Made by a program: the position numbers and the translations under genes
From: Histomonas meleagridis 2922-C6/04-290x
Lineage: Eukaryota > Protista > Parabasalia
Direction of reading: 5' to 3'
DNA: 64,000 nt
Assembly: GCA_020184695.1 (NCBI GenBank)
Contig: JAANOX010000037.1
Coordinates: 1-64,000, forward strand
Notes under the pieces: generated by a model
Told to the model about the DNA's origin: nothing
Database searches by the model: none
The model's input: the letters and a program-made list of their open reading frames with translations, nothing else
Shown here: positions 34,232 to 44,476 of the stretch, one piece after another
Layout of the letters: each line of letters starts with the position of its first letter
Position numbering within the stretch: the first letter of the stretch is position 1

Positions 34232-34725
34232 ATAAATATTTCATGTTTATTATATTTAATTGTATAAATATTCATTAACTTAGTAAATATTTCATGTTTA
34301 TATTATATTTAATTGCATAAATATTCATTAACTTAGTAAATATTTCATGTTTATTATATTTAATTGTATAAATATTCATTAACTTAGTAAAGATTTCATG
34401 TTTATATTATATTTAATTGTATAAATATTCATTAACTTAGTAAATATTTCATGTTTATTATATTTAATTGCATAAATATTCATTAACTTAGTAAATATTT
34501 CATGTTTATTATATTTAATTGTATAAATATTCATTAACTTAGTAAATATTTCATGTTTATTATATTTAATTGCATAAATATTCATTAACTTAGTAAATAT
34601 TTCATGTTTATTATATTTAATTGTATAAATATTCATTAACTTAGTAAATATTTCATGTTTATTATATTTAATTGTATAAATATTCATTAACTTAGTAAAG
34701 ATTTCATGTTTATTATATTTAATTG
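34232..34725. repeat. Tandem array of about 9.5 copies of a 51/52-bp AT-rich unit
   Basis: Unit ATATTTCATGTTTATTATATTTAATTG(T/C)ATAAATATTCATTAACTTAGTAA; the terminal copy overlaps the LMBR1 stop codon. Confidence 0.95.
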
Positions 34726-36386
34726 TTTAAGTTTTCTTCCAATTCTCCGAACTTTTTATTTCTTCTATATCTTTGCGGCAATGATCCATCCAACACTCTT
34801 CTGTACGTGAATCCCTCCTCCACCAATTCTCTTGCTGCTGGCTCCAGCTCCGTCAGCACCTTTTCTCCTTTCTCCAGCTCTCTGAAGTCGACGAACTCAG
34901 ACTCGAACACGTTGCAATCGCAACCGCACAGCATTGCGAACTTTTCGTCCAACTTAAACACGAAGAAGACAATCACAAGGATCAACAAAATTGGCGAAAC
35001 GATTAATGTTATCCACTTATCGCCGATGAACACGACGACGTCCATTACTCCCATCACCTTCACGAATTGACTTCCTTCGGCGCCTATTTGTTGCATGTAA
35101 TGATAACCTATAGTCGGCCCGAGTCTACACAAGAAGTTCGCGAAGTAATTTAACGTGTTTGCGTTTGTTGTCCCTTTGACGAACTTATAAAATGACCCGA
35201 TTTTTAAGTGCATCAAACTCCAACAACCCAAAACAGTTAAATATGTAATGATCGGAGTCGATATTAATAAGATATCAACAAGTTGCGGCATAGTAACATG
35301 TGATATCTGATAAAACAATGAAAACTTGGGATTAAACATTAAGCAAATCTCACCCCACAAACAAATCACATTAAAAACAATTAATACAATGGAAAATGTC
35401 CTTTTCACGATCAGCTTCGAACGTGTATGACTTTGATATTGTTGAAGTGCTTCCATGGCATCATGTGCAGAATGTTCAATAAAACTAGATGACTCGGTGA
35501 GAGATGTAATGGTCTTGTCCATAATGGAAAAGAAATCTTCGAGTTTCGCATCGGTGCATCGAGACCAATCAAAATTTTGGAACTTCTTGATCGCCTTATT
35601 CTTGGTCTCTGGCTCAAAGCAGCCATCAGGGATCGGAACTGTGCCTTTGATGAGGTTCAAACGCTCGATGCGTGATTCGCCTTTTTCTTGAAACATATAA
35701 TTGGTGTTCCCAGTAAGCTGGTGACGGGCATTGTAGGCACAGGAAAGAACTGCTTCGCCATCAGCCAGGATTTTGGCGGCGGAATTGATTTCTTGTGATA
35801 TTCGGAAAAGTGAATACGTGTATTTATAGCTGGGATCGGCTTGTTGCCATAAATCTCGTGGTAAGGATACAAAAGAATGACCTAAACAAAGACATAATAA
35901 AAGTAAACCATATACATTGGCTAAAGCTATCGCTAATGGAAAAATGGAATCAATGGTCATACGGTTTGTAGCTACTAGAATAATAACACCAACGGCTACA
36001 AGACCAAATACAACTCCGTAAAATATAAGATTTTCACGAATGGTCATCCAAATTCGATGCTTCAGTGAAATACTATTGCTATAGCTAAGATATGATACAA
36101 CAAGTGGATTGATAACCCAGGATAAAGCAAAAGAAACCCAATAAAGAATTTGAAAGAATAATTTTAAGGCAGTAGAATCTGTAGCTTGAGTTCCAAATAA
36201 GCAATTTGAAATGTCGTATGGGAGAGCACCAATTATCATAATACTTGGAATTGATGCAGAAGTAATCATTAAAATTGAAGCATACCATGGGTGTTTAAAA
36301 GCACCATATTTCCAAAAGAATATGATGGTAATGATAACGCAAAGAATTGACATAATAGGAATAACAATTACGCCTAAGCCCACCAT
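34719..36386 (-). CDS. LMBR1-like multi-pass membrane protein (LMBRD2 type)
   Basis: About 9 TM helices; LFFQILYWVSFALSWVINPLVVSY, LALANVYGLLLLCLCLGHSFVSLPRDLWQQA, NFLCRLGPTIGYHY. Confidence 0.85.
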   Translation of the reverse strand: MVGLGVIVIPIMSILCVIITIIFFWKYGAFKHPWYASILMITSASIPSIMIIGALPYDISNCLFGTQATDSTALKLFFQILYWVSFALSWVINPLVVSYLSYSNSISLKHRIWMTIRENLIFYGVVFGLVAVGVIILVATNRMTIDSIFPLAIALANVYGLLLLCLCLGHSFVSLPRDLWQQADPSYKYTYSLFRISQEINSAAKILADGEAVLSCAYNARHQLTGNTNYMFQEKGESRIERLNLIKGTVPIPDGCFEPETKNKAIKKFQNFDWSRCTDAKLEDFFSIMDKTITSLTESSSFIEHSAHDAMEALQQYQSHTRSKLIVKRTFSIVLIVFNVICLWGEICLMFNPKFSLFYQISHVTMPQLVDILLISTPIITYLTVLGCWSLMHLKIGSFYKFVKGTTNANTLNYFANFLCRLGPTIGYHYMQQIGAEGSQFVKVMGVMDVVVFIGDKWITLIVSPILLILVIVFFVFKLDEKFAMLCGCDCNVFESEFVDFRELEKGEKVLTELEPAARELVEEGFTYRRVLDGSLPQRYRRNKKFGELEENLNN

Positions 36387-36808
36387 TATCTTAAGTTGTT
36401 TGAGTTTTCACCGAGAAAAACGGTTAAAAAACACTTTTTGTCTCAAAAAAATATCGTTCCTCTCTGAATTACACTTGTTTACAAATAAAAACTTTTCAAA
36501 AAGTCGCGTCAACTTAATAAGCAAAGCTCTAGTATACTAGAGCATAAAACTTTTTAAAACAATGTTTGATTATATCAAATAAGTAATCATCACATTAATG
36601 TTTAACCGAATTCAACACATATTTAAATCAAAATTTGTCATTGATTAATGACAAAAAAATATTTTTTTAATTATATAATATAATTAAGTCAAATTTCATC
36701 GTCACCATGTTACTTGTTGATAACCATATAAATTAATGAATATAATTCATGATTAATCGTGATAAAGATTTCTTGAACTTATCGTTCTAACAAACCTATT
36801 GAATTTAA

Positions 36809-37321
36809 ATGGAAGCCATCGACGAAGAACGTCTCATCCTCATCCTCCAAACAACAGCAGATATTGTTCTTGGGAAAAAAACAGAAGAATCACTTAATCT
36901 AACACTTCTTGATATTGATGAACATGTCAGAACAAGATTAGTTTCAAATCTTGTGACCATTTTCAGGAAAGGAATGGCATACCGCCTTGACTTAGATTCT
37001 TTTGATAAAGAAATAGAAAAAATGTTTTCAAACGCAAAATTAATTTCAAAGGCTCTTCATCAATATTGGAAAAAGACGCAGACAAATCTTCAACTACAAT
37101 ACGAACAACTATGTCCTTTCGACAACCGTCTTACTGATCTTAAATGGGTATCTGTTCTTCCTTCTGACTCGAAATTTGGAATTGAAAAAATCACTCCAAT
37201 TGTTCAATGCCGCTTTAATGGAACAAATGACTCCTTTAATATTTGCTTTACGCAATCAGGAATAAATGATTTATCTGATGAACTTGCTAAAATTAACTCA
37301 ACATTACAGAATTTTAAGTAA
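36809..37321 (+). CDS. COMM-domain protein
   Basis: 170 aa; C-terminal RLTDLKWVSVLPSDSK...PIVQCRF...FTQSGINDLSDELAKI fits the COMM pattern. Confidence 0.65.
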   Translation: MEAIDEERLILILQTTADIVLGKKTEESLNLTLLDIDEHVRTRLVSNLVTIFRKGMAYRLDLDSFDKEIEKMFSNAKLISKALHQYWKKTQTNLQLQYEQLCPFDNRLTDLKWVSVLPSDSKFGIEKITPIVQCRFNGTNDSFNICFTQSGINDLSDELAKINSTLQNFK

Positions 37322-37679
37322 AATTTGGTTTCTATAATTTTATCAAGTAAATAAGTTTTTTCTAAATCGAAATGTTTTTGAGAAAATTGATATTACTTTG
37401 TCATGTGAGACTTATTTTTTGAACTCAGTTTTATAATGTTGAAGTATATAACTTAAAATTCAATAAAATATGGTATATGAAATATTGTAATTGGAATAAG
37501 ATAAATATATTTAACAAATGATTCAAGAATGCCAAATTTATTTGGTATTATTATGAAAAATTCTATGAAACATTAATTATAAACTAATTTCTATTTCATT
37601 AAGCTTTTAGACAAAACATCATGAAAAAAAATTGCTGTTACAAAACATTTATAAAATCATTTAAGTCCAGGTAACATAT

Positions 37680-38939
37680 TCAAAGTAACTCATTTTCTCT
37701 AAAGAACACTAATATATTTTTTGCTATTTCAGCTACTAGCTGATTTGGATTCTTTAAAAGTTCATAAAGTGCTTCCTCACAAGGAGCGAATTGTGATAAA
37801 ATGTATTCAAATTGTTCACTATCTTCGAATGTTTCAAGAATATGTTCTATTGCTTGAAGTGTTTCGAAAATTGTATCTTGAGAATCTAATTCCAAAAAAT
37901 CAGCTAAATCTTGAGCAACACCTATGGATAAAAGATAAAGTATTTGTTCTTCATTTGAAGATTTTATAAGTTCTACAATAACCAAAATTGCATGTTGCCG
38001 AATTTTAAATAAGGAATATCTAGAGAGCTCAATGAATATATTTAATATTTCAGGTTCTCTTAGAAAGTCATTCCATTCCTTATTGTCAACAATACTTTCA
38101 GCAAAATCACATGCACTTTCAATAATATCTTGATTATCTGATTGTAACATAGATGGTAGAATTCTTTGAATCGATGCAAAATCAGACGAAAGGTCATTAA
38201 CAATACTTTTAGAATATATTTGAAGAACAAGGGGAATAAGTTCAAAATCAAGTAAAATATTAAAATATTTCTCAATAAATAAAAATATTTCATTAACATT
38301 TTGGGTTGATTGTACATTGTCTAATGATTCGAGAACGTTCTTAAGAGATTCTTTATCTCCTATTTGAAATAAACATTCGCATATATTAAAAAAACTGTCG
38401 GGATCTATTTCGCATTCATGTCTTGTAAAAGAAACTAAAATTCTAGATACATAAATGGAATTTGTTGGAATTTGAAGAAGAGACACATAATCTATATTTT
38501 GATTTAATAGTAAGCAATGAAATTTACGTCCAACAGATCCAATTAAAATGGATAAAAAAGATAATGAGTCAGGAAGACCTGTTACTATTCCTGATATTAG
38601 AAAATTTCCTTCTAAACTCTCGAGAGAGTTATGATTAGATTCGATAAGTGCTGTTATTAAATTAACTGCTTCTTGATTATTTTTTTGATAAAATTCATCA
38701 ACTTCGAAAACAAACTTGGAAGTCATTACAGGTATCACACCCTTAAAGTCTTCAAGAATTTCTTTCAATGGTGATATTCCCTTTTTCATCATTTTTCTAT
38801 ATTTATGATCAAAATTTCTTGAACAAATTGGAACAAAAAATATCTCTTCATTGTCTTGGATTTCACTTGATACACTGCTCAAGCATTTAGAAATATAAAC
38901 TTTTCGAGCATGCCTATAATTAAAGTTATCTCTTTTCAT
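37680..38939 (-). CDS. ARM-repeat (importin-alpha-like) protein
   Basis: IIESACDFAESIV, SLFKIRQHAILVIVELI...EQILYLLSIGVAQDLADFLE..D...TLQAIEHIL. First ATG 38939 (the track start 39029 is GTG). Confidence 0.6.
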   Translation of the reverse strand: MKRDNFNYRHARKVYISKCLSSVSSEIQDNEEIFFVPICSRNFDHKYRKMMKKGISPLKEILEDFKGVIPVMTSKFVFEVDEFYQKNNQEAVNLITALIESNHNSLESLEGNFLISGIVTGLPDSLSFLSILIGSVGRKFHCLLLNQNIDYVSLLQIPTNSIYVSRILVSFTRHECEIDPDSFFNICECLFQIGDKESLKNVLESLDNVQSTQNVNEIFLFIEKYFNILLDFELIPLVLQIYSKSIVNDLSSDFASIQRILPSMLQSDNQDIIESACDFAESIVDNKEWNDFLREPEILNIFIELSRYSLFKIRQHAILVIVELIKSSNEEQILYLLSIGVAQDLADFLELDSQDTIFETLQAIEHILETFEDSEQFEYILSQFAPCEEALYELLKNPNQLVAEIAKNILVFFRENELL

Positions 38940-39039
38940 TTTCCCGCCAAAAATCAATAACGGTTTCCAAGGAAACTTTTTATATGCTTTACAAAAAGCT
39001 GAACTGCACTCGAATTCAAACAGAGACACTCAACTCCAA

Positions 39040-40440
39040 ATGCAATCACAGATATTTCGAAGAATTCTTGGTTATGCACAACTTATTCCTCAACTTTCGG
39101 CATTAAATTATGCAACAGCTAAGGATCTAATAAAGAAGCTTTATGATATTAACCTTGGAACACCAGACGCAACATTTTGGTCTTTATGCGATATAATTTG
39201 GAATAGTGATCAACAACAAGAAAGCTTAACAAACTGGTTAAAGGACCAATCATCTATTTTTATTCCTGATTGTGATCCATTTCTACAAGCATTATTCAAA
39301 AATGATATTGACCAAGCCATTGAAAGTGGGAGAACAATTAGTGAAGAAATACCATTAATACTTGTTTCTCCCCGTACGTTTGAACTTAAAAACAAAAGTC
39401 CACCTGATTTTTTAAAGTACAAAAGTTTCAAACTTGGTAATGACCAACTGTCAGGCGATAGCATTTGGAGTTTACTTCTGGGCGATATTACGCCTCTTCA
39501 GCGTTATGATCTTCATTGGCTTCTTCTCTTTGCCATTTTCACATGGTATTCTTCGACCGATAATCTTGATTTTCGATCAATGTTTAACAGATTCTCAGTC
39601 TTAAACAACGATTCCTTATCTAGGCAAGAGTCAGAATCACCCATTTTTTGTTTACTTCAACATTATTCCGATTCCACGATATCATTTGCCGATATTTCAT
39701 CTAAGTTACCACCCATTGCAGGATTATTTTTCTTATCCATTTCGAACCAATTTGAACCATTTCCTACCTTTGATTATGTATATTCCTTATCATTAAAATT
39801 GTCAATTGAACAACTTAATTCATGTAATTTATGGCAATATTCTGCTTTTCTACTTCATACTTATGAAGATATTTCATTACTTACGCAATTACTTGAGCGA
39901 TTTTGTACCACATTTCCTGATATCACTGAACAAGAACATTTTGTTTTATCATTTGAAGGTTTTCCCATTGAGACGTATTATCAAATAAAAGCGCAAAAAT
40001 TATATTTCGCGAGTCAAGTTGAACATGATTATTCCAAAAAAATGCATTTCCTTGCGAAGTCGATTGATTTTAACTTTATGATAAATTCGATTGAAAATGC
40101 ACATTTGTTAATAATGAACGAATATTTACCTTTAATGGGTAATTATGAAGAAGGCGAAGAACAATTATTTAATTGGTGCAATGTAATATCAAACATTTCT
40201 GATTTGGATAACGAAGAAATTAAAAATGACTTCCAAATGTTGGAGCTGTATAAGAAAGTTTCCGAAAACAATGAAATTTCTGAAGACGAAATGAAATTCA
40301 TTGGAGAAAACTTGGAAAATGGTTGGAGCTGCTTCGCAATAAGAAGAAAATATTGTCATTTGTGTATGAAACAGATTGGCGCTTTCGAGGCATTGGTAAG
40401 AGTCGACGCAGTACCAAAAGATGAACTTCTTTCATTATAA
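39040..40440 (+). CDS. Nup96-like nucleoporin
   Basis: LHWLLLFAIFTWY and EQLNSCNLWQYSAFLLH resemble conserved Nup96 blocks. Confidence 0.55.
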   Translation: MQSQIFRRILGYAQLIPQLSALNYATAKDLIKKLYDINLGTPDATFWSLCDIIWNSDQQQESLTNWLKDQSSIFIPDCDPFLQALFKNDIDQAIESGRTISEEIPLILVSPRTFELKNKSPPDFLKYKSFKLGNDQLSGDSIWSLLLGDITPLQRYDLHWLLLFAIFTWYSSTDNLDFRSMFNRFSVLNNDSLSRQESESPIFCLLQHYSDSTISFADISSKLPPIAGLFFLSISNQFEPFPTFDYVYSLSLKLSIEQLNSCNLWQYSAFLLHTYEDISLLTQLLERFCTTFPDITEQEHFVLSFEGFPIETYYQIKAQKLYFASQVEHDYSKKMHFLAKSIDFNFMINSIENAHLLIMNEYLPLMGNYEEGEEQLFNWCNVISNISDLDNEEIKNDFQMLELYKKVSENNEISEDEMKFIGENLENGWSCFAIRRKYCHLCMKQIGAFEALVRVDAVPKDELLSL

Positions 40441-40655
40441 AAAGTAAAAAATTTTTAGAGATAAATCTGATTTCATATTATAAAAATTATTCGTTGTGAT
40501 TTTAACACGACTTTGCTATTTTTTGTTATTAATTTCTTCAATATGATAGTTATCTCATTTAAGATAAAAATATGTTTATGAAAATCTTTTTAGAAATTAG
40601 AAATTGCTTTAATAATTTATTATTATAAATTAAAAAGAATAAAATAAATTATTGT

Positions 40656-41723
40656 TTAGAAAAATTTATATTTCAATATATACTTCCCATCTTCCTCAAA
40701 TTCGTCTTTATGTAAAAGCATTTGTGGAAAAGTACTTAATAATGGGAATAGAGCAGCACCTTTGAATGAAGCATATTCTTGAGTTTCTTCCGAAGATATT
40801 TTCAATCGAATTTCGGACGCTAAACGTTGACGAAATCCTTTAAACATAGTATTGCCTCCTGCATAATAAAAGTCATTCCAAAGAGGCGTAGGTATATCTT
40901 TTGGTAAAGATTTAATTACATCATTCACCACATCTCCAATACCTTTAACATAAAATCCATTTAAATTTGGGTGAAATAAAAGTTCAGGACATTTAATACG
41001 TTCACTTTTAAGCACAAGCTCTAAACCAAGTTCTTCATATATTATATCAAGTTCGGATGTGTTTTCAGCTTTCCTTAAGTCATCACCATAGTTTTGAGAA
41101 ACATAACAACATTTCTCTTTCATGTTACATATATATGTTGTACCACCAAATGAATACAATGGAATTCCTCGATTATTAATTTGCTTCTGTAAGAATTTAG
41201 TGACATGATTGCCTGCAAGCTGAAATCTTCCTATATTGGATTGAAAACAATTTCCTTCATAAATAGGTACAACTTGTGTAACATTTTCTCCTGATTCTAA
41301 AATAATACCAGTCATATGGCCATATGAATATAATGAAAAAACAGCTCTTGTGCCAATTAAAAGTGATGGAACATTGAATTTTTCAAACATTATTTCTGTC
41401 ATCTTTAGGCGATTTTCATAATTAATTGTTGAATCTGTAAAAAGGAGCGTACATTCTTCTGGTATAACATCTAAAATCTCAAATGATTGTTCTCATACTT
41501 TTTCCATATCTTCCCAATTGGTAATAACACCTTGCTCTATGGGATGTCTATGATTGTAAACACATGAACTTTTACTTGTTTCAATGCCAACATATGTATC
41601 CCTAAAGGATGCACATAAAAGAGATGGGATAACTTTTTGGGGGTTATGGTCACCAGAAAATCCTACTTTGCAGGTACTTGATCCTTGATCAATAATTACT
41701 ATTTGGTTTGTTATTTCTGACAT
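40656..41723 (-). pseudogene. Divergent actin-related gene with a single in-frame TGA
   Basis: IVIIDQGSSTCKVGFSG...HPIEQGVITNWEDMEKV-TGA(41493-41495)-EQSF...MTEIMFEKFNVP...ESGENVTQVVPIYEG. Both ORFs share a frame; the TGA sits at the actin MEKIW tryptophan. Confidence 0.75.
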
Positions 41724-42246
41724 TGAGCAAAACAAAAAAACAAATGAAAATTAATTTGAATTTTAAAACAAATTTGTCAAATTTGACACCGTTACACAAT
41801 CAGAAAATTCAATACAAAAAAGGTGAATAACGCTTTGAATTAAAGCTGTTCAATCGTTTGAAAAATGCCACTTTCAAGAGGGGGCAAAAGTCAAAATGAT
41901 AATACCATCATATTTAGTTAACCCACAGAGTACAATATAGCATGATATGAAGACGAATGACCAAATGTCTTATAAAGAATTTTATCGAAATGCATTTCCT
42001 TCCTCATAATAAATATTGTTAAATGATGAAAACATAATACATTTACAACATTTCTTGGGTGTTAGATAGCATTATTGCAAATAAAAATAACTTTTATAGA
42101 TTTCTTTTTTTGTAAAAAATATATTTCGACCTCTGCATCTTAACGGCCACTTCAGTTGTTCCATCGTTTACACAGTTGCAAAACGATGAATTTTTTCAAA
42201 AAGGGATTTGAGTGCAAACCTCTGAAAAGTCTTGTCGTTTTTCACA

Positions 42247-43527
42247 ATGTTTTGGACGCACAATAGGTCTATCCTTAGTGGCAAAGAGTATCCCAAAGAC
42301 AAGTATAAGTACTACGCTGAAGAAGAAGGACCAAAAGCCCTTCTCTCAACAGAGTATGATCTTAAAGCTCTTGGCGCATCAATTCCAAATTCCTTAAAAG
42401 ATCCTTCCCTTGGTATGTTCCGTTATATGCCATTTCTTCCAATAGATCCTAAGGCTGAGATTCCATCAGTTCTTGTTGGTGGAACTCCTCTTATTCCAGT
42501 TAAAAAAGAACGCTCACCATTTAACTTCAATCTCTGGATTAAGGATGAAGGCCGCAATCCATCAGCCTCACTAAAGGATAGAGCTTCTGCTTTTGTTTGT
42601 TCTAAAGCTAAAGAACTCGGAATTGAAACAATCACCACAGCATCTTCAGGTAATGCAGCAGCAGCCACTTCTGTTATGGCATGTAACCTTGGCCTAAAGT
42701 GTGTCATTTTTGTCCCAGCTCATGCTCCTCCAGCAAAAGTTATTCAGAATAGAATTTTTGGTTCTAAAGTATATCTTGTTGAAGGTCCATACGACAATGC
42801 TGTCAATGCCTGTATGAAAGCATCCGCTAAATTCGGTTGGTATAACCGCAGCACAGGATATAATCCATTTACAATTGATGGCAAGAAAACTGTTTCTTTC
42901 GAAATTTGCGAGCAATTCGCTGGTATTCAAACAGGTGAAGGCATTCCATCAGCATGGGGTAAACTTGGTAAATTCATGGCACCAGATGTAATATGTGTTC
43001 CAGTTGGAGATGGAAACATTGTTTCTGGTGTCCATAAAGGTCTTAAAGAACTTCTTGGAGCTGGTCTTATTGACAAAATGCCACGTATCATTGGTATTCA
43101 AGCAGAAGGATCCAATGCAATTTACACATGTTGGGCAAATAATGGCGATGAAACTCAACATTTGACATGCAATGGATCCACATGTGCAGATAGCATTGAT
43201 TGCTCCACTCCAAATGATCCAATTCGTGCAGTAAGAGCAGCACGTGAAACCGGAGGTGCATATATCCAAATTTCCGATGAAAAGATCCTTGAAGCAATAC
43301 CACTTATGGCAAGGGCAAGTGGCGTATTCCCAGAACCAGCATCCGCTACAACATGGGCCGGTTTACTTGTTGCACAAGAGAAAGGTCTTGTAAAGCCAGG
43401 AGAAAATGTTGTTGCGATTTGCACTGGTAATGGATTAAAAGATATAAATGGAGCCACAAGAGCAATGCAAGGAAAGAACGAGGCAATCTTGATCAAGGAT
43501 GCTGATGAAATCAAATTGGATGAGTAA
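42247..43527 (+). CDS. Threonine synthase-like PLP enzyme (fold type II, prokaryote-like)
   Basis: KDEGRNPSASLKDR (PLP lysine), ASSGNAAAA, DGKKTVSFEICEQ, VPVGDGN, GVFPEPASA, VAICTGNGLKD. First ATG 42247 follows TCACA. Confidence 0.85.
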   Translation: MFWTHNRSILSGKEYPKDKYKYYAEEEGPKALLSTEYDLKALGASIPNSLKDPSLGMFRYMPFLPIDPKAEIPSVLVGGTPLIPVKKERSPFNFNLWIKDEGRNPSASLKDRASAFVCSKAKELGIETITTASSGNAAAATSVMACNLGLKCVIFVPAHAPPAKVIQNRIFGSKVYLVEGPYDNAVNACMKASAKFGWYNRSTGYNPFTIDGKKTVSFEICEQFAGIQTGEGIPSAWGKLGKFMAPDVICVPVGDGNIVSGVHKGLKELLGAGLIDKMPRIIGIQAEGSNAIYTCWANNGDETQHLTCNGSTCADSIDCSTPNDPIRAVRAARETGGAYIQISDEKILEAIPLMARASGVFPEPASATTWAGLLVAQEKGLVKPGENVVAICTGNGLKDINGATRAMQGKNEAILIKDADEIKLDE

Positions 43528-43751
43528 ACAGTACATCAATTTTAAGCATTACATTTTTCAGCACATTTCGAAAATTTCATACATGGTAATAGTTTAATAT
43601 ATTTAGTTTTGAATATTAAAAGTGATTTGTGGATTCCAAAAGTATCGCACAAAACATTACAAGTTTTACACTTTCCATTATAGAACGACCGTTAAGCGCT
43701 CATCGACCGTTTACAATTTAAATACGTTTCTTGTGGAAATCAGATTGTAAC

Positions 43752-44306
43752 TCATTGTAATACTTCCGAATTAGCTTCGTCTTCTTGGATCCAACAAGGA
43801 GGTAAAGGTTCAGACGATATGGAATCAGATGAATTTTGAATGATCGTATCGAAGGTTTCTTCATTACTCTCATTAGATTGCATGGAAAGCTCTTGTTGAC
43901 GAAGGATTGCACTGTAAGCATTTGATGAAGATCGATAATAATCAAAAAGTAAGAATGAAACATCCGAAACTCGAAGCGCTTCCTCAAAGAGTTCCTTCTG
44001 TTGCTTTTCAAGCTCTTTCATCCTATAATATAACTCAAGACTGAAGCGAATTCGACTGTTGAGTTTCAATTTGTTCCTTTTTGTACATAAAATAATAATT
44101 GTATCATTTGATTCTATCCCCTGAACACCCAAAGTAAGGTCAAGTTGTAATTGGTTACCTTTTGATATACAAATCAAGTTTGAATTAGGGGGGATTGAAA
44201 TTCCGGAAATTTCTAATAGATATCTAACAGTGTCTGAGCTCTTTAAATGCACAGGTACATCATTTCCATTTGTGTATTTCAAGATGACATCCACTTCTTT
44301 ATCCAT
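43752..44306 (-). CDS. Ubiquitin-like-domain protein
   Basis: LICISKGNQLQLDLTLGVQGIESNDTIIIL (UBL beta-grasp C-half). First ATG 44306. Confidence 0.6.
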   Translation of the reverse strand: MDKEVDVILKYTNGNDVPVHLKSSDTVRYLLEISGISIPPNSNLICISKGNQLQLDLTLGVQGIESNDTIIILCTKRNKLKLNSRIRFSLELYYRMKELEKQQKELFEEALRVSDVSFLLFDYYRSSSNAYSAILRQQELSMQSNESNEETFDTIIQNSSDSISSEPLPPCWIQEDEANSEVLQ

Positions 44307-44476
44307 TTGATTCAATCGAGTAATTGATAACTTTACGTTATATAAACGCTACTTTTTGAATTCCCATTTTCAATACAGAAAAACCTTCCGGACAAAGGGT
44401 CAAGTAATCTTTTCATTAATTTTCCGAATAAATGCTTTGATTTTCCTACAAAAACATAATACCTTTATTATTTACT

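Noticed and set aside
34379-34687. 102-aa ORF of 17-aa repeats
   Set aside because: By-product of the 51-bp non-coding tandem array.
39030-39039. Apparent 10-bp head-to-head intergenic gap
   Set aside because: The minus-strand track start is GTG; the first ATG is at 38939, giving an ordinary ~100-bp gap.
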